A stretch of 63,803 nucleotides of DNA, filler included, from Octopus bimaculoides (Eukaryota), in assembly GCF_001194135.2 (NCBI RefSeq). It is 7 parts of 6 records of this genome, joined end to end, with 100 filler letters (N's around TTAATTAATTAA, not from the genome) between each part and the next. Parts side by side here need not be neighbours in the genome. Positions count along the whole stretch, not along the records: positions 20,931 to 27,988 come from NC_068984.1; positions 28,089 to 45,514 come from NC_068986.1; 5 more parts are not named here. The stretch is one strand, 5' to 3'. This document shows, one piece after another, positions 26,790 to 40,954 of the stretch. The notes under the pieces are model-generated. The model saw only the letters and a program-made list of their open reading frames with translations. It ran no database searches and was not told where the DNA came from. Positions within the stretch are counted from its first letter, which is position 1. Each line of letters opens with the position of its first letter. Position numbers and translations under genes: made by a program.

Positions 26790-27950
26790 TTTTAGGGGAA
26801 ATAACAGTTACAGTCAATGGTGCACTCTCTACGGAAACACAAATTTCGAGCGATGTCCCTCACGGAACTGTCTTAGGGCCATTACTGTTTATAGTAGCCC
26901 TCTTAGACATGCCCACAGTCATTCAGACAGCCAGTCACTAGCTACACCGATGATACAAAATTATCACAGGCAATAAAGCATCCTAATGATGTCGTAAACC
27001 TGCAGAACGACTTAAATGCAATATACAAGTGGGCAGAGCAAAACAATATGCAATTTAATGCTGAAAAACTTCAAGCACTGCGCTATAAGATCACAAATGC
27101 TCCACAACCGGCATTTACAGGACCTGGAGGTACTGCAATTCCAGAGTTACAAACAGTGATAGACCAGGGCATCAGTATGTGTAATGATGCATCATTTCAC
27201 ATGCACATTACCAAGTTGGCAGCAAAGTGCAGACAACTGGCGAGATGGATACTTAGGACATTCAGGACAAGTAATCAGGAAGTCATGTAGACTCTATGGA
27301 AGACCTTTGTCCTCAGCCACCTAGACTACTGTTCTCAGCTGTGGTCACCACACAGTATTAAGCTAACAACGGAACTAGAAGTAATCCAGAGTCACTACAC
27401 TAAAAAGATTGCTGCAGTCCAGCAGATGAACTACAGGGAGAGATTGAAGTACTACGACTCTACTCCCGAGAGCGCAGACGTGAGAGATATGTAATAATTT
27501 ATATGTGGAAAATACTGAAAGGGCTAGTACCCAATTTTGTTATACGAATGCTCGTACTGAACGCTACTGCATAGAACCGAAGGTACCGTCCAATGTATCT
27601 AATATAAGAACCAGGTACTGTAATAACCTAGGGTTCAGAGAACCGCAGCTCTTCAATGCTCTGCGAAAGCAATTGAGAAACTTACACGATATAGATGTGG
27701 AAGTCTTCAAAAAGAAAAGAGACACTCTCCTATCCACAATACCAGAAGAACCAATGGCTCGACATGAGGCACAGTTGAGGGCAGCAGTGTCAAATTCCAT
27801 CATACACTAGTTGTGCCATCGACAATTTTGAGTCGGAGGAGAGGAACCACGGAAGGATTGTGGAGAGGGTACAAAAATAAAGAGTAAAAAATCATATGGT
27901 GGTGCTCAAGCATGACCGCAGCCTCCTGGCTGAAACACATAAATGAATAA
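26790..27950 (+). mobile_element. CR1-group LINE, 5'-truncated, RT C-terminal half and 3' end
   Basis: SDVPHGTVLGPLLF, YTDDTK, LQNDLNAIYKWAEQNNMQFNAEK, FVLSHLDYCSQLWSP, NYRERLK..L, LFNAL...LRN. Several stops and frameshifts. Confidence 0.92.
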
Positions 27951-27951
27951 A

Positions 27952-27988
<37 letters not shown>

Positions 27989-28088
27989 NNNNNNNNNNNN
28001 NNNNNNNNNNNNNNNNNNNNNNNNNNNNNNNNTTAATTAATTAANNNNNNNNNNNNNNNNNNNNNNNNNNNNNNNNNNNNNNNNNNNN

Positions 28089-28220
28089 ATAGAGGAGCTC
28101 CCAGGGGCAACCTGTCTTGAACTCCTCTGTGATTGCCTGGAGGACTATGATAAATAAGAGGGGGCTGAGGACGGAACCTTGGTGGACCCCTACCTCTACC
28201 CGGAATTCATTGCTGTACAT
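28089..28220 (-). mobile_element. RTE-like LINE RT core fragment
   Basis: Minus reads GVHQGSVLSPLLFIIVLQAITEEFKTGCPWELL. Confidence 0.8.
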
Positions 28221-28510
28221 TTATATATATCAAAATAAGCAACAAGGATATCCAGAGGTAATGCAGTACGATCATTTCACGCAACTCCATTTAATTGAAC
28301 AATGCAACCATTACATGCATGAAGACAGAGAATTTAATTGAATTAAAACAGATGGACACATAAGTATAATTTTGCCTAAAATCTCCAAGAAGTTAAAGAG
28401 ATAGACACAGAACATTGTTGCCCTTCCTTCCACTTAGAAGCTACTAAGTTATCAGCTGATTGAAACAAATAAAAGAATATGTATGTATATAGACATATAT
28501 ACATATATAT

Positions 28511-28590
<80 letters not shown>

Positions 28591-29279
28591 GTATATATGT
28601 ATATAGTGTAGGTATCAGAGGAGTTTAAAACCTCTAAGGGATAATTAAATCCAAAGGCACTCCTGGTGATTACCTGAGTAGGTACAGTCCTCTGTAAAGT
28701 TGTATGGTACCAGGTAGTTAAGTAGGTAAATTCGTATATATATATATATATATATACATATCATAGTCATAGCCAATGTTAACATCATGTAACAGTCATG
28801 GCCAATGCTGGTGTCATGTAACTGAGACCCGAGCCGGTGGCAGGTAAAAAGCACCTTTTGAGCATTGGGTCTCACAGAGGCAAGGTGGTAAATGCTGGTG
28901 GGATGTGAAAAGCACCTTTCGAGTGCAATGACAAAATTACCAAAAACTTTGGCATTATGCTGAGCTTGCGATGAAGACCCACGTAAAAGCACCCATTACG
29001 CTCTTGGAGTGGTTGGCATTAGGAAGGACATCTACCAGTAGAAACCATGCTAAATCAGACTGGAGTCTGGTGCAGCCTTCCAGCTTGCCAGCCCTGGTCA
29101 AACCATCCAACCCATGCCAGCATGGACAATGAATGTTAAATGATGATGATGATGATATATATATTATATATATATATTTACACACACACACATATATGTA
29201 TGTATATGCTAGCAGCTATACCTGGGTTTATTAATACTTAAAATAATAACAAGAATTCACTATATTTTAGATAAATTAC

Positions 29280-29385
29280 TTTCTAAAGATTTTGGCAACC
29301 ATCAATGATAAACCTTCATTTGGTTTAAGAATATTGATTCCTTCAGAACTGTTCCACCCAAGCAATTCAGATGACTCATACTGTG
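29280..29385 (-). CDS. Putative internal exon of the same minus-strand gene
   Basis: Acceptor tgtatttttatgaag| (or cacag 5 nt further on), donor AA|gtaatt. Starting at 29385 the phase-1 start joins the previous exon in frame: (T)QYESSELLGWNSSEGINILKPNEGLSLMVAKIFR(K). Confidence 0.55.
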
Positions 29386-30667
29386 CTTCATAAAAATACA
29401 TAAAACAATAAAGAATAAAAATAAAAAAACTTTTATCCTTACATATTTTATTTTCTGGAAAAACCTGCTTTTTTCAAAACATTGTGCTACTTTACCTAAA
29501 TGAATTATATATACTGTTTACTAACAAGAATCATTTTCTCACCCCAAAATGAAAATCATATCAATCATTGATTAATGGTGTTTTTTTTTTTCTTTTTCTC
29601 ACCGCATATTTATATCAGGTTAGTTTTGTAAAATGCTCCTTTTATGTTAACAATAACTTATTTGGCGGATCAATTCATTCTGCTATAATCTTTGATTATA
29701 TATATTTATTGCTTTGTGCATGTTTGTTTATTATCCATTTTGCCATGCTAGCATAGGTTGAGGGAGGATTTTACAGCTGGATGGTCTTCTTGCTACCAAC
29801 CCTTACATGTTTCTCAAGTGAGAGAATTCATTATTCCATAGGTATTTGAACATACAGATTGACTAGTGATAATCTCAACAAGGAATATATATATGTTTTC
29901 GTTTCTCATTGTGTTTAACGTTTTTTTTGTGATGTCCTGTACCCATATATGCTTGTATGTATACATATAGATGTCAGTATGTACATATATGTATGGATAT
30001 ATGCATATAACTGTATATTATTTATGTTATATATAAATATATAGATAGGTTTATATATATGTTTGTTTATATATGTATATATGCCTGCCCTTATATGACT
30101 TTTAAGCCCCGCCATTACATACTGGACAACTGTGCTGGCTGGCAGGATAAACAGGTGCCACCATATGCACTCTCTTAACATAATATATAATATATATATA
30201 ATTTTAAATAAAGATGTTTTATTACTGTTATTAATGGTATTAACTCATAACTTACTGGTTTGGCAAAAGAGACTGATAGAATAAGTATGTGGCTTAAAAA
30301 AAAGTTCTGGAATCAATTCATTCAACTAAACTTCTTCAAGACAGTGCCCCAGTATGGCCTCAGTCTAATGACTGAAACAAGTAAAAGAAAAGGTACACAC
30401 ATGAAATGCTCCTGCTGTTTCCCCTCTACCGAATCTCCTCACATGGTATTGGTCAGCCCAGGGCTACAGTGGAAGACATTTGCATGAAGTGCTGCACTGC
30501 AGGACCGAACCTGAAACCATGTGGTTGCAAAGCAAACTACTTAACCACACAGCCGTACATGCGTCTATGCCAAATTGTAAAAACAATTGCTGTTAAGTTC
30601 TGTTTGTGTTTGATGCTACAGTGTAATAATTTGCAATGATTTAAGTGGGGAAAATGTGAGTGATTAC

Positions 30668-30805
30668 TTAAAGCAATCAACAAAAGATTCTTTGAAACAT
30701 GAACCAATTGTGGCAGCCTGCCTGCTGTTCTCTGGTTCCTTTTGAAGCTGCACTCACTTTGACTGACATATTTAGCATATAAAGAGCCTGTTTGAGGAAA
30801 TATGA
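30668..30805 (-). CDS. Putative internal exon of an unidentified minus-strand gene
   Basis: Acceptor ctcttattactag|, donor A|gtaatc, 138 nt open in phase 1/1: IFPQTGSLYAKYVSQSECSFKRNQRTAGRLPQLVHVSKNLLLIAL. No family recognised. Confidence 0.55.
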
Positions 30806-31567
30806 CTAGTAATAAGAGATAATCAATTTATGATTTTTCAATAAATGTCATTTAATATCACTTTCATCTCTAAAATAGCTTCTTTACTATTTTGTCTTTT
30901 TCAATTGAAATTTTATCTTTTAATTTTTCTTATTTTGTTTTATATATATATATTTTTTAAAAATTTTAAACTTAATTTGTTTGCATTGCTTTAATATATT
31001 TTGATATTTTTAATTAGATTCATTCATTAAGTGCCAGAGAAAATTTTAAATTATGGAGAATTTTAATCAATGGAACAAAGAACAAAAAAAAAAACAAAGA
31101 AAAAAAAACACATAAAAATACAAATCTGTTGCATATTCAAATTTTTGCATTGCTAAATACCAATATTTTCTTCTTTTTGCTTAAAGAATAATGGCTTCAA
31201 TAAATAAAAAAAAAAACTATAGAATTTATCTTTAGAAAAATCTACAATTTACAATCAGCAAATGAATGTATTTGTATGTATTAAATGAGAGTTTTTTTTT
31301 ATAAATATCAAAGAGAAAAAAAGCAAATAATAAGTGGTCAGTTTTATTAAATCAAGACTACAAAATACAAGTCTTCATTCAGTTTGATATGCAAAGTCTG
31401 CATGTTACTTGAGTTAGTTATCACCCAAAGAACTGTTGGTGCAGTTTTTAAAATCATCTTTGAAACTTTCAGTGTCCCATAGAAAACAATGGTATATGTT
31501 TCTGATACATTCATTGTCATCGTCATCATCATTTAACATCCACTTTCCATGCTGGTATGGGTTAGAC

Positions 31568-33250
31568 CAGTGTTTCCCAACCCATTTTCCCCCAGGCCCC
31601 ACGACAACTTTCCAGGAAAATATATTTCCTACCAGTGGTTGGAAAAAAAAAACAACTCTATTTTTAATATTTTATCACAATTATTTAATACAAAACCATC
31701 TACTGGTAACTCTTTGATTAAGTACTGAATATGAAAAAGTACATTATTGACTAAGAAAAAACAAAAGTGAATCACTTAAATGAGAACTTTGTGTCTGGTA
31801 AGGCACATGGCTTGGTAGTTAGAATATTGGGCTCACAATCACGAAGTAGTGAGTTTGATTCCCAGATTGGGCTGCGTGTTGTGTTCTTGAGCAAAACACT
31901 TTATTTCACATTGCTCCAGTTCATTCAGCTGTAGAAATGAGTTGCAACACCACTGGTGCCAAGCTGTATCAGTGGTATGGTGAGGGGGAGGCTGGTATGC
32001 ATGGGTGACTTCTGGTCTTCCATAAACAACCTTGCTTGAGTTGTGCCTTGGAGGGGAACTTTCTAGGTGCAATCCCAAGATCATTCATGATCGAAGGGGT
32101 TCTTTAGCCTATGACTAACAACTATGGCATATTTCCTTGATATGAGGAGACAATTTTGTTAGTTTCAGCTGTAAATCACATTTTGTAGCTCCAAATCTGC
32201 TTCTCTTGGCTTGAAGCAAACATCACTAAAGCCACACTCAACCAAATAAGACAAAGGGAAAATGAATCAAAAATTCTTTTACTGAAATGGAAGTGTTAGA
32301 GTATTTCCTTTCAACTTCATCACATAGTCACATTTTGGTAACTTTCTTTTTGAACAAAGTATTCACTGATTCATCATGTTACAGTTCTGATAACTCTTCT
32401 TGGAACTGCACTGGAACTTCAGAGATATCCATTAGCAATGGTTGAGTTAACCAGGAGGGAAACTTCATTTTCTTTGAATCACCAAATCTATTGAATAATA
32501 TTGCAATACCATCAGTCAGCCAAGTGCCCTCCTTGTATCCAAGGAATTGGCTTGCCATGACTTCTCAGTTCTTTCTGTGTTCTATTGCATATATACAATC
32601 AACCAGGATCTTATTTCCAGTCCATTCTTTGATGTTGTCTATTTACAAACATCTTTGACGGTCTCGTGCTTTCTAGCTGTCCATATCTCTTGTCAGGATG
32701 GTCTGAGGCAGTGACTCATGGTGTATTGCATGTCCAAAAATGAAAATTTCGTGGACTGGATTCTCAAATGTAGGTATTTTTGAACTTTCAACTTTTCTTG
32801 CACTGCAGTGCTTGTTACCCTATCTTTCCTGTTTATCCTGCCCAATCTGCCAAAGATCCACCACATAAAGGCTTCTGTCTACTCTACTGCTGTGTACATT
32901 GTCCAAGTTTCTCTCCTATAGATGACAATTGGTAATATAATGTGACTCAAAGTCCCAAGTAAAGCCATGAAGGGTAAATGGGCAAACTGCATAAAGATAA
33001 TGTTGAATGTTTTGAAAATATGTTTTTCTTTTTACCATCATACATAATTTTCCTTAATTCAAAATTACAGAAGATTTGTGACATTTGTTTGATGTGTAAA
33101 AGAATGATAGAGTATTTCCCAGCTAAAATTTAAAACCAGCTTTGGGTGAAAAAAGGCTTTTGTTGACTAAGCAATTTTTCACAGAAAAAAAAAAGAGACA
33201 ACAAATGGATTTTACCTTAACAATCAAAATTCCAACAAGTAGGAATTACA
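31568..33250 (-). mobile_element. hAT (Buster/Charlie-like) transposon remnant containing nested SINE and RTE insertions
   Basis: TIR cagtgtttcccaac at 31568, preceded by the NNNTANNN octamer ggttagac. Minus translation RFGDSKKMKFPSWLTQP...FQEELSEL...FPLSYLVECGFS...DLQLKLTKLSPHIK fits the hAT C-terminal dimerisation region. Confidence 0.75.
32510..32990 (-). mobile_element. RTE (BovB-like) LINE 3' fragment inserted in the hAT remnant
   Basis: IVIYRRETWT...EAFMWW...RINRKDRVT...KFSFFGH...IDNIKEWTG. Confidence 0.7.
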
Positions 33251-33810
33251 AAGTCATCATTAATTGAGTGCCATAAGCTGAAAGAATTGTTAGTGGACTG
33301 AGTAAAATGCTTAGTGGCATTTCATCCATCTTTATGTTCTGAGTTTAAATTTGGCTGGGATTGACTTTGCCTTTCATCCTTTCAGGGTTGATAAAATAAG
33401 TACCAGTTGAGCACTGGGGTTGATGTAATCGACTTAACCCATCGCCCAAAATTTCAGGCCTCATGCCAAAATTTGAAACCATTATTAATGGAGTGCCTAT
33501 ACTAAAAAGATTATTGGTAGTAGTATTATCATTATTATTACTATCATTATTAAGGTAAGCTGTAAGTGGCAGAATTGTTAGCATGCTAGGTAAAATGCTT
33601 ACTCTTTTACTTGTTTCAGTCATTTGACTGTGGCCATGCTGGAGCACCGCCTTTAGTCAAGCAAATCGACCCCAGGACTTATTCTTTGTAAGCCTAGTAC
33701 TTATTCTATTGGTCTCTTTCGCCGAACCGCTAAGTTACAGGGACATAAACACACCAGCATCGGTTGTCAAGCTATGTTGGGGGGACAAACACAGACACAC
33801 AAACACACAC

Positions 33811-33841
<31 letters not shown>

Positions 33842-34745
33842 CGACAGGCTTCTTTCAGTTTCCGTCTACCAAATCCATTCGCAAGGCTTTGGTTGGCCCA
33901 AGGCTTTGGTTGGCCCAAGGCTATAGTAGAAGACACTTGCCCAAGGTGCCATGCAGTGGGACTGAACCTGGAACCATGTGGCTGGTAAGCAAGCTACTTA
34001 CCACACAGCCACTCCTGCAGCGACATTTCTTTCAGTTTTATGTTCTGGGCTCAGATTTTGCTGAGGCTTGCTTTGCCTTTTGTTCTTTTGGGATCTATAA
34101 AATAGGTACCAGTTGATCACTGGGTTCAGTGTAAGTAACTAGCCCTTTCTTCAAACTTTCAGGCCTTGTACCTATAGTAGAAAGAATTATTAAGGTAGGG
34201 AACTGGTTGAATCATTATTGCATTGGATAAAATGCTTTGCTGCATTTCCATCTCTTTACTTCCTGAGTTCAAATCCTACCAAGGGTGACTTTGCCTTATT
34301 ATTATCCATCTGTGATAATAAGGTATTTATTGCCATCATAATTTCCATGTTTCATTTTTTTTTTTTTTATCATTTAATAAATGCAAGGAATCAATGTTGA
34401 ACAGTCAATGCCTTAACATAGAGGAATTGCAAATGCCAGAACCTGGCCCCAGATTTACTACAGTGAAGTAGATGACAGGTAAATATCTTCCTTAATACAT
34501 AGAAACCTGTACAAATAAAATATTATTACAGGATATAATACCTGTTTATCATATTCAAGCTGTTATTGTTGTCTTTGTTGTCGTCACTGTCACCACCATC
34601 ACTGTCATTGTTGTTTAATTCTAGGTCAATCCAGAATGAGCTAGATCCATGGTTAAAGACGTCCCAGTTTTGATCATCTTGTCTATTTTTCAGACATCAT
34701 GTATTTCGTTGTTTTCCAGAGATTTTATATTGGATTCATCTAGAG

Positions 34746-34990
34746 TTGTGGTCCTCAACCATTTCTTTTCCTAAGGAACCCCTTGTTTGACCCAAATGGA
34801 TCCTCATAACCACTTGATGTTTAAAATATCCTATCATATTTTTATAAATATTATTAGGAATTGCATAAAATAAGTTGTTAAGATATTTTGTGTATTGTAG
34901 AAGTATAACCAATTTATTGCAGATAAATTTTAATGACAAAATCTTATATGGACCATCAAGAGTCATGTGGACCCTGGTTGAGAACCACTA
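34746..34990. mobile_element. hAT-Charlie (MER5-like) MITE with target-site duplication
   Basis: TIRs ttgtggtcctcaacc and ggttgagaaccacta. 8-bp TSD atctagag/atttagag fits the NTCTAGAN consensus. Confidence 0.85.
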
Positions 34991-34994
34991 ATTT

Positions 34995-35360
34995 AGAGGA
35001 AGGAGCTATGTCTACTGCATAACTGGTAAATGCTTCTCTTGATAGCAGCAGTCAAAAACATGGGCAAGAAGAGAATTGTAAAGGGATGGTATTTTGGAGA
35101 AAAGAAGAACTGGACATAGTAGTTTCTGTGGGGCCTGAGTTGCAGGAGTGAGCACAATATGGTTAATAAGAAAAGTGGGAAATGAGTTGGGAGTATCTGA
35201 ATGAAAGTGGCTTGAGACCAATAGTAGAAAAGGCAGAGGGAGGAGACAACATGTCTGTTGGTCAGTGGTTGGAATGTATTGCTGCCTGACTTTATAACAC
35301 CTGGTGATGTTTTTTTTTTATGTCTATTAGCTTGCATGTTTAGCAGTAACACCATCCGTG
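34995..35360 (-). mobile_element. CR1/L2-type LINE 3' fragment
   Basis: RHVVSSLCLFYY...HPF..L...FLTAAIKRSI resembles CR1-type ORF2 C-termini. Degenerate. Confidence 0.55.
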
Positions 35361-36162
35361 TGTGAAGTAGTTACACTGTGTGTAACAATAACTCTGTATG
35401 CGTGAAAGTATCACCATCTATATGTGACAATGGCCCTGTCACCAATGTGGGTTTCACCAGAGCTATATACAGAGTTAGTAATTGATGGAGGGTGAAGCAT
35501 TTTCTGACTCAGAAAAGAAACATAAGTCTTCGTGATGTTGTCTTTGTTATATTGAAAATGTGCATTTGCCCGAAGAGATGCTCAGTTTTCGTGAGGTTTA
35601 GCAATTGTTGTGTGTGTGTGTTGTGGAGGCGCAATGGCCCAGTGGTTAGGGTAGCGGACTCACGGTCATAGGATCACAGTTTTGATTCCCAGACCGGGTG
35701 TTGTGAGTGTTTATTGAGCGAAAACACCTAAAGCTCCACGAGACTCCGGCAGTTGGTCGTAAGTTGATTTGATCATAAGTCAGCCTATAGGCCTACATAG
35801 CTTTGTTTTATATTTTTACATTCTTATGGTTCATTTTCAGGTAAAAGTCACACAGCATTCTATATTATACTATTATACTGGCGTTAGTCAAACATTTCAG
35901 TCTCAAGCAGTCGTTTTATAAATAAATATAAGGTTGCCTCAGTGTCTCCCTGACAGGATAGTCATCCAATACAGTGGCAATCGATAACCAAACCTAAGGG
36001 AAGCATTTGTTAGCTGACATCATCCGTAGATGGATTAATTTCTAACTGGACTATTTATTATTGCTACCGGGAGCTGGTGTGCCAATTGAAAATACAGTCA
36101 ATTGGTTGTAAGTCGGATAGGTTGTAAGTCGACGAGGACCTGTATATATATTTAATAATAAA

Positions 36163-36390
36163 GTATACCTTGTGTCTGGCACTTGTAATAAGGTATACCG
36201 TAAATTTGCTGACTATAATTAGGCATACTTAAGTCTGGTACATACTATTAGGTATACTTTAAGTCTGGTTTGTATAATAAGGTGTACCTTGAACCTTGCA
36301 CCTATAATAAGATATACCTTGAATCTGGTGCCTATAATAAAATGTATAAATTATGCCTTGAGTTTGGTGCCTGTAATAAGTCTGGCACCT
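36163..36390. repeat. ~30-bp minisatellite beside a Tigger-like terminus
   Basis: About 7 diverged units of tataccttgaatctggtgcctataataagg. The adjacent ttgtaagtcgacgaggacctgta (about 36123-36145) resembles a Tigger TIR. Confidence 0.75.
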
Positions 36391-38718
36391 TAGACAACTC
36401 AGCCATCCTGACAACGTGAAACAGAACAGAGAATAATATTTACTAGCAGCACCGATAGAAATTCCTGAGTTATTTGAAAACTGTGAAATAAATGGAAGGT
36501 TATAGAGAACCACAAAAAACATAATTTCTTTTGAAATTGTATTTTCTAAAACAAATTAATCTTGAGAAGGTATAAAAGTTTACATAGGCTGTACTGAAGG
36601 TACAGTCTTAAGAGACAACATCTTTGAAAGCTATATTCTTTGTTATACACTTGTTACTCTTCTATCTTGAGTGTTGTTATCAATCATTTTTCTCTTTACT
36701 TCAAGAGGTAAAATAATCTTAACTAAGGGATGAAACTGAAGACATTAGTCTTCAACACTATCACTACTTAATAAAACTTTAACAAATCATAATGTGATGT
36801 ATTACATCCTTGTTTTCATATCAGAGAAAAGTTCAAGTGTCTAAGATTCAAACCTATAGATCCAGTGAATGAGTATTGTAGTTGTCCCATTTAGCTGTGG
36901 ATTCTAAAAAAAACATACCAGTAATATAGCTGCAAGTATAACTGTAAAGTCAAAATATTTGCTTGGAAATCATGTGGTTTTCAGTTTAGTTCCACTGCAT
37001 AGCATCTTGGACAAGTGTCTTTTACTATTGTCTCAAGTTTAATAATGCTTTGAGAGTAATTTGGTAAATAGAGACTGTATGAAAGCCTGTCATATATATA
37101 CAAACACACAAACACACACACATTGGCACAGATGTGGCTGTGTGGTAAGAAGTTTGCTTTTTGCTTCCCAACAACATGATCCTGGATTCAGTCTTTCTGT
37201 GTGGTACTTGGGCAAGTATCTTCTACTATAGCCTCAGTCCAACAAAAGCCTTGTGAGTAGATTTGATAGATGGAATCTAAAAGCCTATCACATATATATA
37301 TATATATATATATATATTATCTTTTATCTTTTTCAGTCATTAGACTGTAGCCATGCTGGAGCACTGCATTGAAGAATTTTAGTTGTATGAATCGACTCCA
37401 GTACTTTTTTTTAAAAACTTGGTACTTATTTTATCTATCTCTTTTGCTGAACTGCTAAGTTATGGGGAAGTAAACACATCAACACCAGTTGTCAAGTAGT
37501 GGTAGGAGAGAAACGTGTGTGTGTGTGTATAAAATTGAACAAAAATGCAATAGAGGACAATAAAACATCCAGACAGATAGATGATACAAAGGCAGACAGG
37601 AAAAACAACAAATAGAGGGATAGGGAAAAAAAGGATAGGTCATTCGTGGCCTTCTTTTGTCAGTCAGATTTCCAGATGTCCTTACAGTTTCAGGCAGTTA
37701 CACTTGAGGCTGTTCAGTCTGGTTGCCCCTCAAAAAGTCTAAGCTAAGAGCATTAGATTTTTTTGTAAGAAAGCAAGCGAATGTGTATGACAACAAAGAC
37801 AAAAAACGGAGAACATATTTCACAATTACAAATACAAACAAGAATATAACAACAGGTGTCTTTTGACTAATGAGGACAAATTGAGCTGGCATGTATAAAG
37901 TGAAAGCCTTGAGGCAGGAACACAGGAGATGGACATAAGAGATGTTGTCGGTTGGCAGTCAAACCAAGAAAGAAAGATCATGGCTGGCTGAACACTGGTC
38001 ACATGTAAGGAGATATACATATATGTATGTCTGTGTCTTTGTTTTTGTTCCCCACCACTGTTTGGCAACTGTAGTTAGTGTGTTTACAGCACTATGAATT
38101 GGCAGTTGAGCAAGAGAAACTAACAGAATAAGTACCAGGCTTAAGAAAATACTCACTGGGGTCAATACATTTGATTAAGATTCTTCATAATGGTGCCCTA
38201 GCATAGCCATAGTCTAATGACTGCAACAAGTAAAAGATAAAACATATATACATAAACATATACACACATACATAAATACATGCACAAATACATACATGTA
38301 TATGATATATATGTATGCATTTCTGTGTGTGTGTGTGTGTGTGTACAACTTGACAAGAATCTGCTCTGATGTTCATTTACTTTTGAATGTCTTTTATCTT
38401 TTACTTGTTTCAGTCATTAGAATGTGGCCATGCTGGAGCACCACCTAGAAGAATTTTTAGTTGAATAAATCAACTCCAGTACCTTTTTTAAGCCTGGTAC
38501 TCACTCTATTAGTCAGTTATGCAGAATGGCTAAGTTACAGGGAAGTAACTGTCAAGCAGTAGTGGAGTTGGGGACAAACACAGGTACAAAGATACATAAC
38601 CACATGGTTCCGGATTCAGTCCCACTGCATGGCACCTTGGGCAAGTGCCTTCTACTATAGCCTTGAGCCAATCAGAGCATTGTGAATGGATTTGGTAAAC
38701 AGAAAATGAAAGTCCGTC

Positions 38719-38773
<55 letters not shown>

Positions 38774-39710
38774 TATATTTATATGTGTTGAGTCTGTGTT
38801 TGTTCCCTAGCCATCGCTTGAGAACTGATGTTGGTGTGTTTACGTCCTCATAATCTAGTGGTTCAGCAAAAGAGACGATAGAACAAGTACTAGACTTACA
38901 AAGACTAAGTCCTAGGGTTGATTTCTGTGACTAAAATCCTTTTAAGGCAGTTTTCCAGCATGCTCACAGTCAAAGACTGATATTAGTTTCAGAATAACTG
39001 AATATATATATCTCAGATCCACTCACAAGGCTCTCATTGGCCCAAGGCTATAGTAGAAGGCACTTACCAAAGGTGTCATGCAGAGTGTCTGAACCCGGAG
39101 CCATGTTGTTGGGAAACAAACTTCGTACCAAACAGCCATGCTTGCACCTCCTCAGTCACGTATATCTTAAGTTTTCTCCACTCTAGAGACACCAATTGTC
39201 ATTAATTGAATTTTATTTTCATATCCACAACATAGTCGACTCTTTTTAAACAGGATAAAATTTTTCGTGAGATGGGGGGAGGAGGAAAGGTTATCAAAAA
39301 CCTCTTATAAGTAAAGGTCTGTCCGTTTGTTTGTCTACCAGTCATTCATTTCTCTCATTAAAAAAGAATACAGAAAATTAAAACAGTAGAAACCATTATC
39401 AGCTTGACTTAAAAATTGAAGTTATGTTTATAATGTTTGAAAGTATGCTGTTATCTATTTTTCTTTCTGTCTCTTTCTCTTTTCGGCAAATTTCTCATCC
39501 TCACTCTCTCTTTCTCTCTTATTCACACTCCCAGACATATACACTCAACATGTATAAAAATTCATTCATATTTTTAACTGTTCATACAAAGTTTGTTCTG
39601 CCTCAATTCCCTGCTTTCTTTTTAAAGTAATTTTTATGACAAAATATGTCAAACCTATTTTTAAGTATGTCATATTGATTTCAGAACTAACAATAAATAG
39701 TATATTTTAC

Positions 39711-39773
39711 TTATGTTCTGTCAACAGATCCATGTCTGTATCTGAGAGTTGGGTGTCATAAAAATATTCTGCT
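39711..39773 (-). CDS. Putative 63-nt exon of the minus-strand gene
   Basis: Long polypyrimidine tract then taaag|, donor AA|gtaaaa. Phase 2/2, SRIFYDTQLSDTDMDLLTEH. Confidence 0.3.
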
Positions 39774-40269
39774 TCTTTATTGTAACAATAACAAAAACAA
39801 AGAAAAAGTGAAGGTGAACATTTCACGCAATTTTTTTAACTTTCTACTTAAACACGAAGAGTGGGGACCTGTCTATTACATCGACTTCAATACTCAGCTG
39901 GTATTATTTTATCGCCTCCGAAAGAATGAAAAGCAAAGTCAACCTTGACAGAATTTGAACTCAGAACGTAAAGCCAGTAGAGATGCTGCTAAACATTTTA
40001 TCCGATGTGTTAACAATTCTACCAGCTAGCTACCATTGTTTTAGTCAATTGTGGCCTCTTTATCAGTTTAACAATTACAATTTTTTAAATATTATATCAT
40101 AATGAAAAGCTAGTTCGACTCCAGTGACACTTGACCCATAAACTGCAAAACTACGTCTTTATCGTAAAAAGGATATTTAATTTCCAGTAATTGAACATCG
40201 CTTGTGAGGCGAACATGATCGTCTGTTAGATGAGCTGTTTGAATGTGTAATATTTGACTTGTATGGATG

Positions 40270-40475
40270 TGTGTTGCACTGGTATGGGCTGGATGAAGAG
40301 TGTTAAGTGAAAAAGTATAATGTGTTATTTGGTTGAGGATTCCTATAGATAGAAAACATAGTGGTATAGATCTGTTTGAACCTCAGAAATGAGATAACGA
40401 AAGACCGAGATGAGTAGCAATATAGCAAGATAGTAGATGTGTTCAACTCATGCCAATTATTGTTGATGATGATGA
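40270..40475 (+). mobile_element. Old RTE 3' end with (GAT)n tail
   Basis: WYG...DEE..VKK..., then KDRDE, then caactcatgcca...gatgatgatga, the same tail type as the 11143 and 28770 retroposons. Confidence 0.55.
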
Positions 40476-40954
40476 TCCACTTAATGCTATTGAATGCAGC
40501 ACTATCCAGTACAAAGTAAGACACACCTTGTGGATGACATCACCAAGACAGAGAATGCACTAGATCTATTGAAGCTTAACCTTGCCTTTCATCCAGTAGC
40601 ATAGACAGGTTGTAAAGTTAGGAGGAGCGAGCAGAAAAAAAAAAAAGGGCACTGTGACCCATACCAAACGATTTTTAACTAATTTCTCTTATATAATGCG
40701 AAATATTTCATTAGTTATAATATATGTAATTGTATTCTATATTTATTAATTTTATGTTTCGGTAACAATGTCATTAATTCTCACATATAACATATAAAAA
40801 TGCACATCTTTCAGAACATAGTTTATAAGATTTTGCTGGCAAATTTTTAAATTAACATAAACATTTATTTACATGAACGAAAATTACTGGAGAACTTTCA
40901 TCTAACTCTTCCAAATCTTTGTGTTAAAACTGTATTGAAACCATTTGTAGGGAA

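Noticed and set aside
31393-31503. Minus-strand open frames just upstream of the 30.8 kb exon (TYTIVFYG... or HCFLWDTESF...)
   Set aside because: Two alternative frames with different donors and a purine-rich acceptor beside a retroposon tail; I cannot decide between them from sequence alone.
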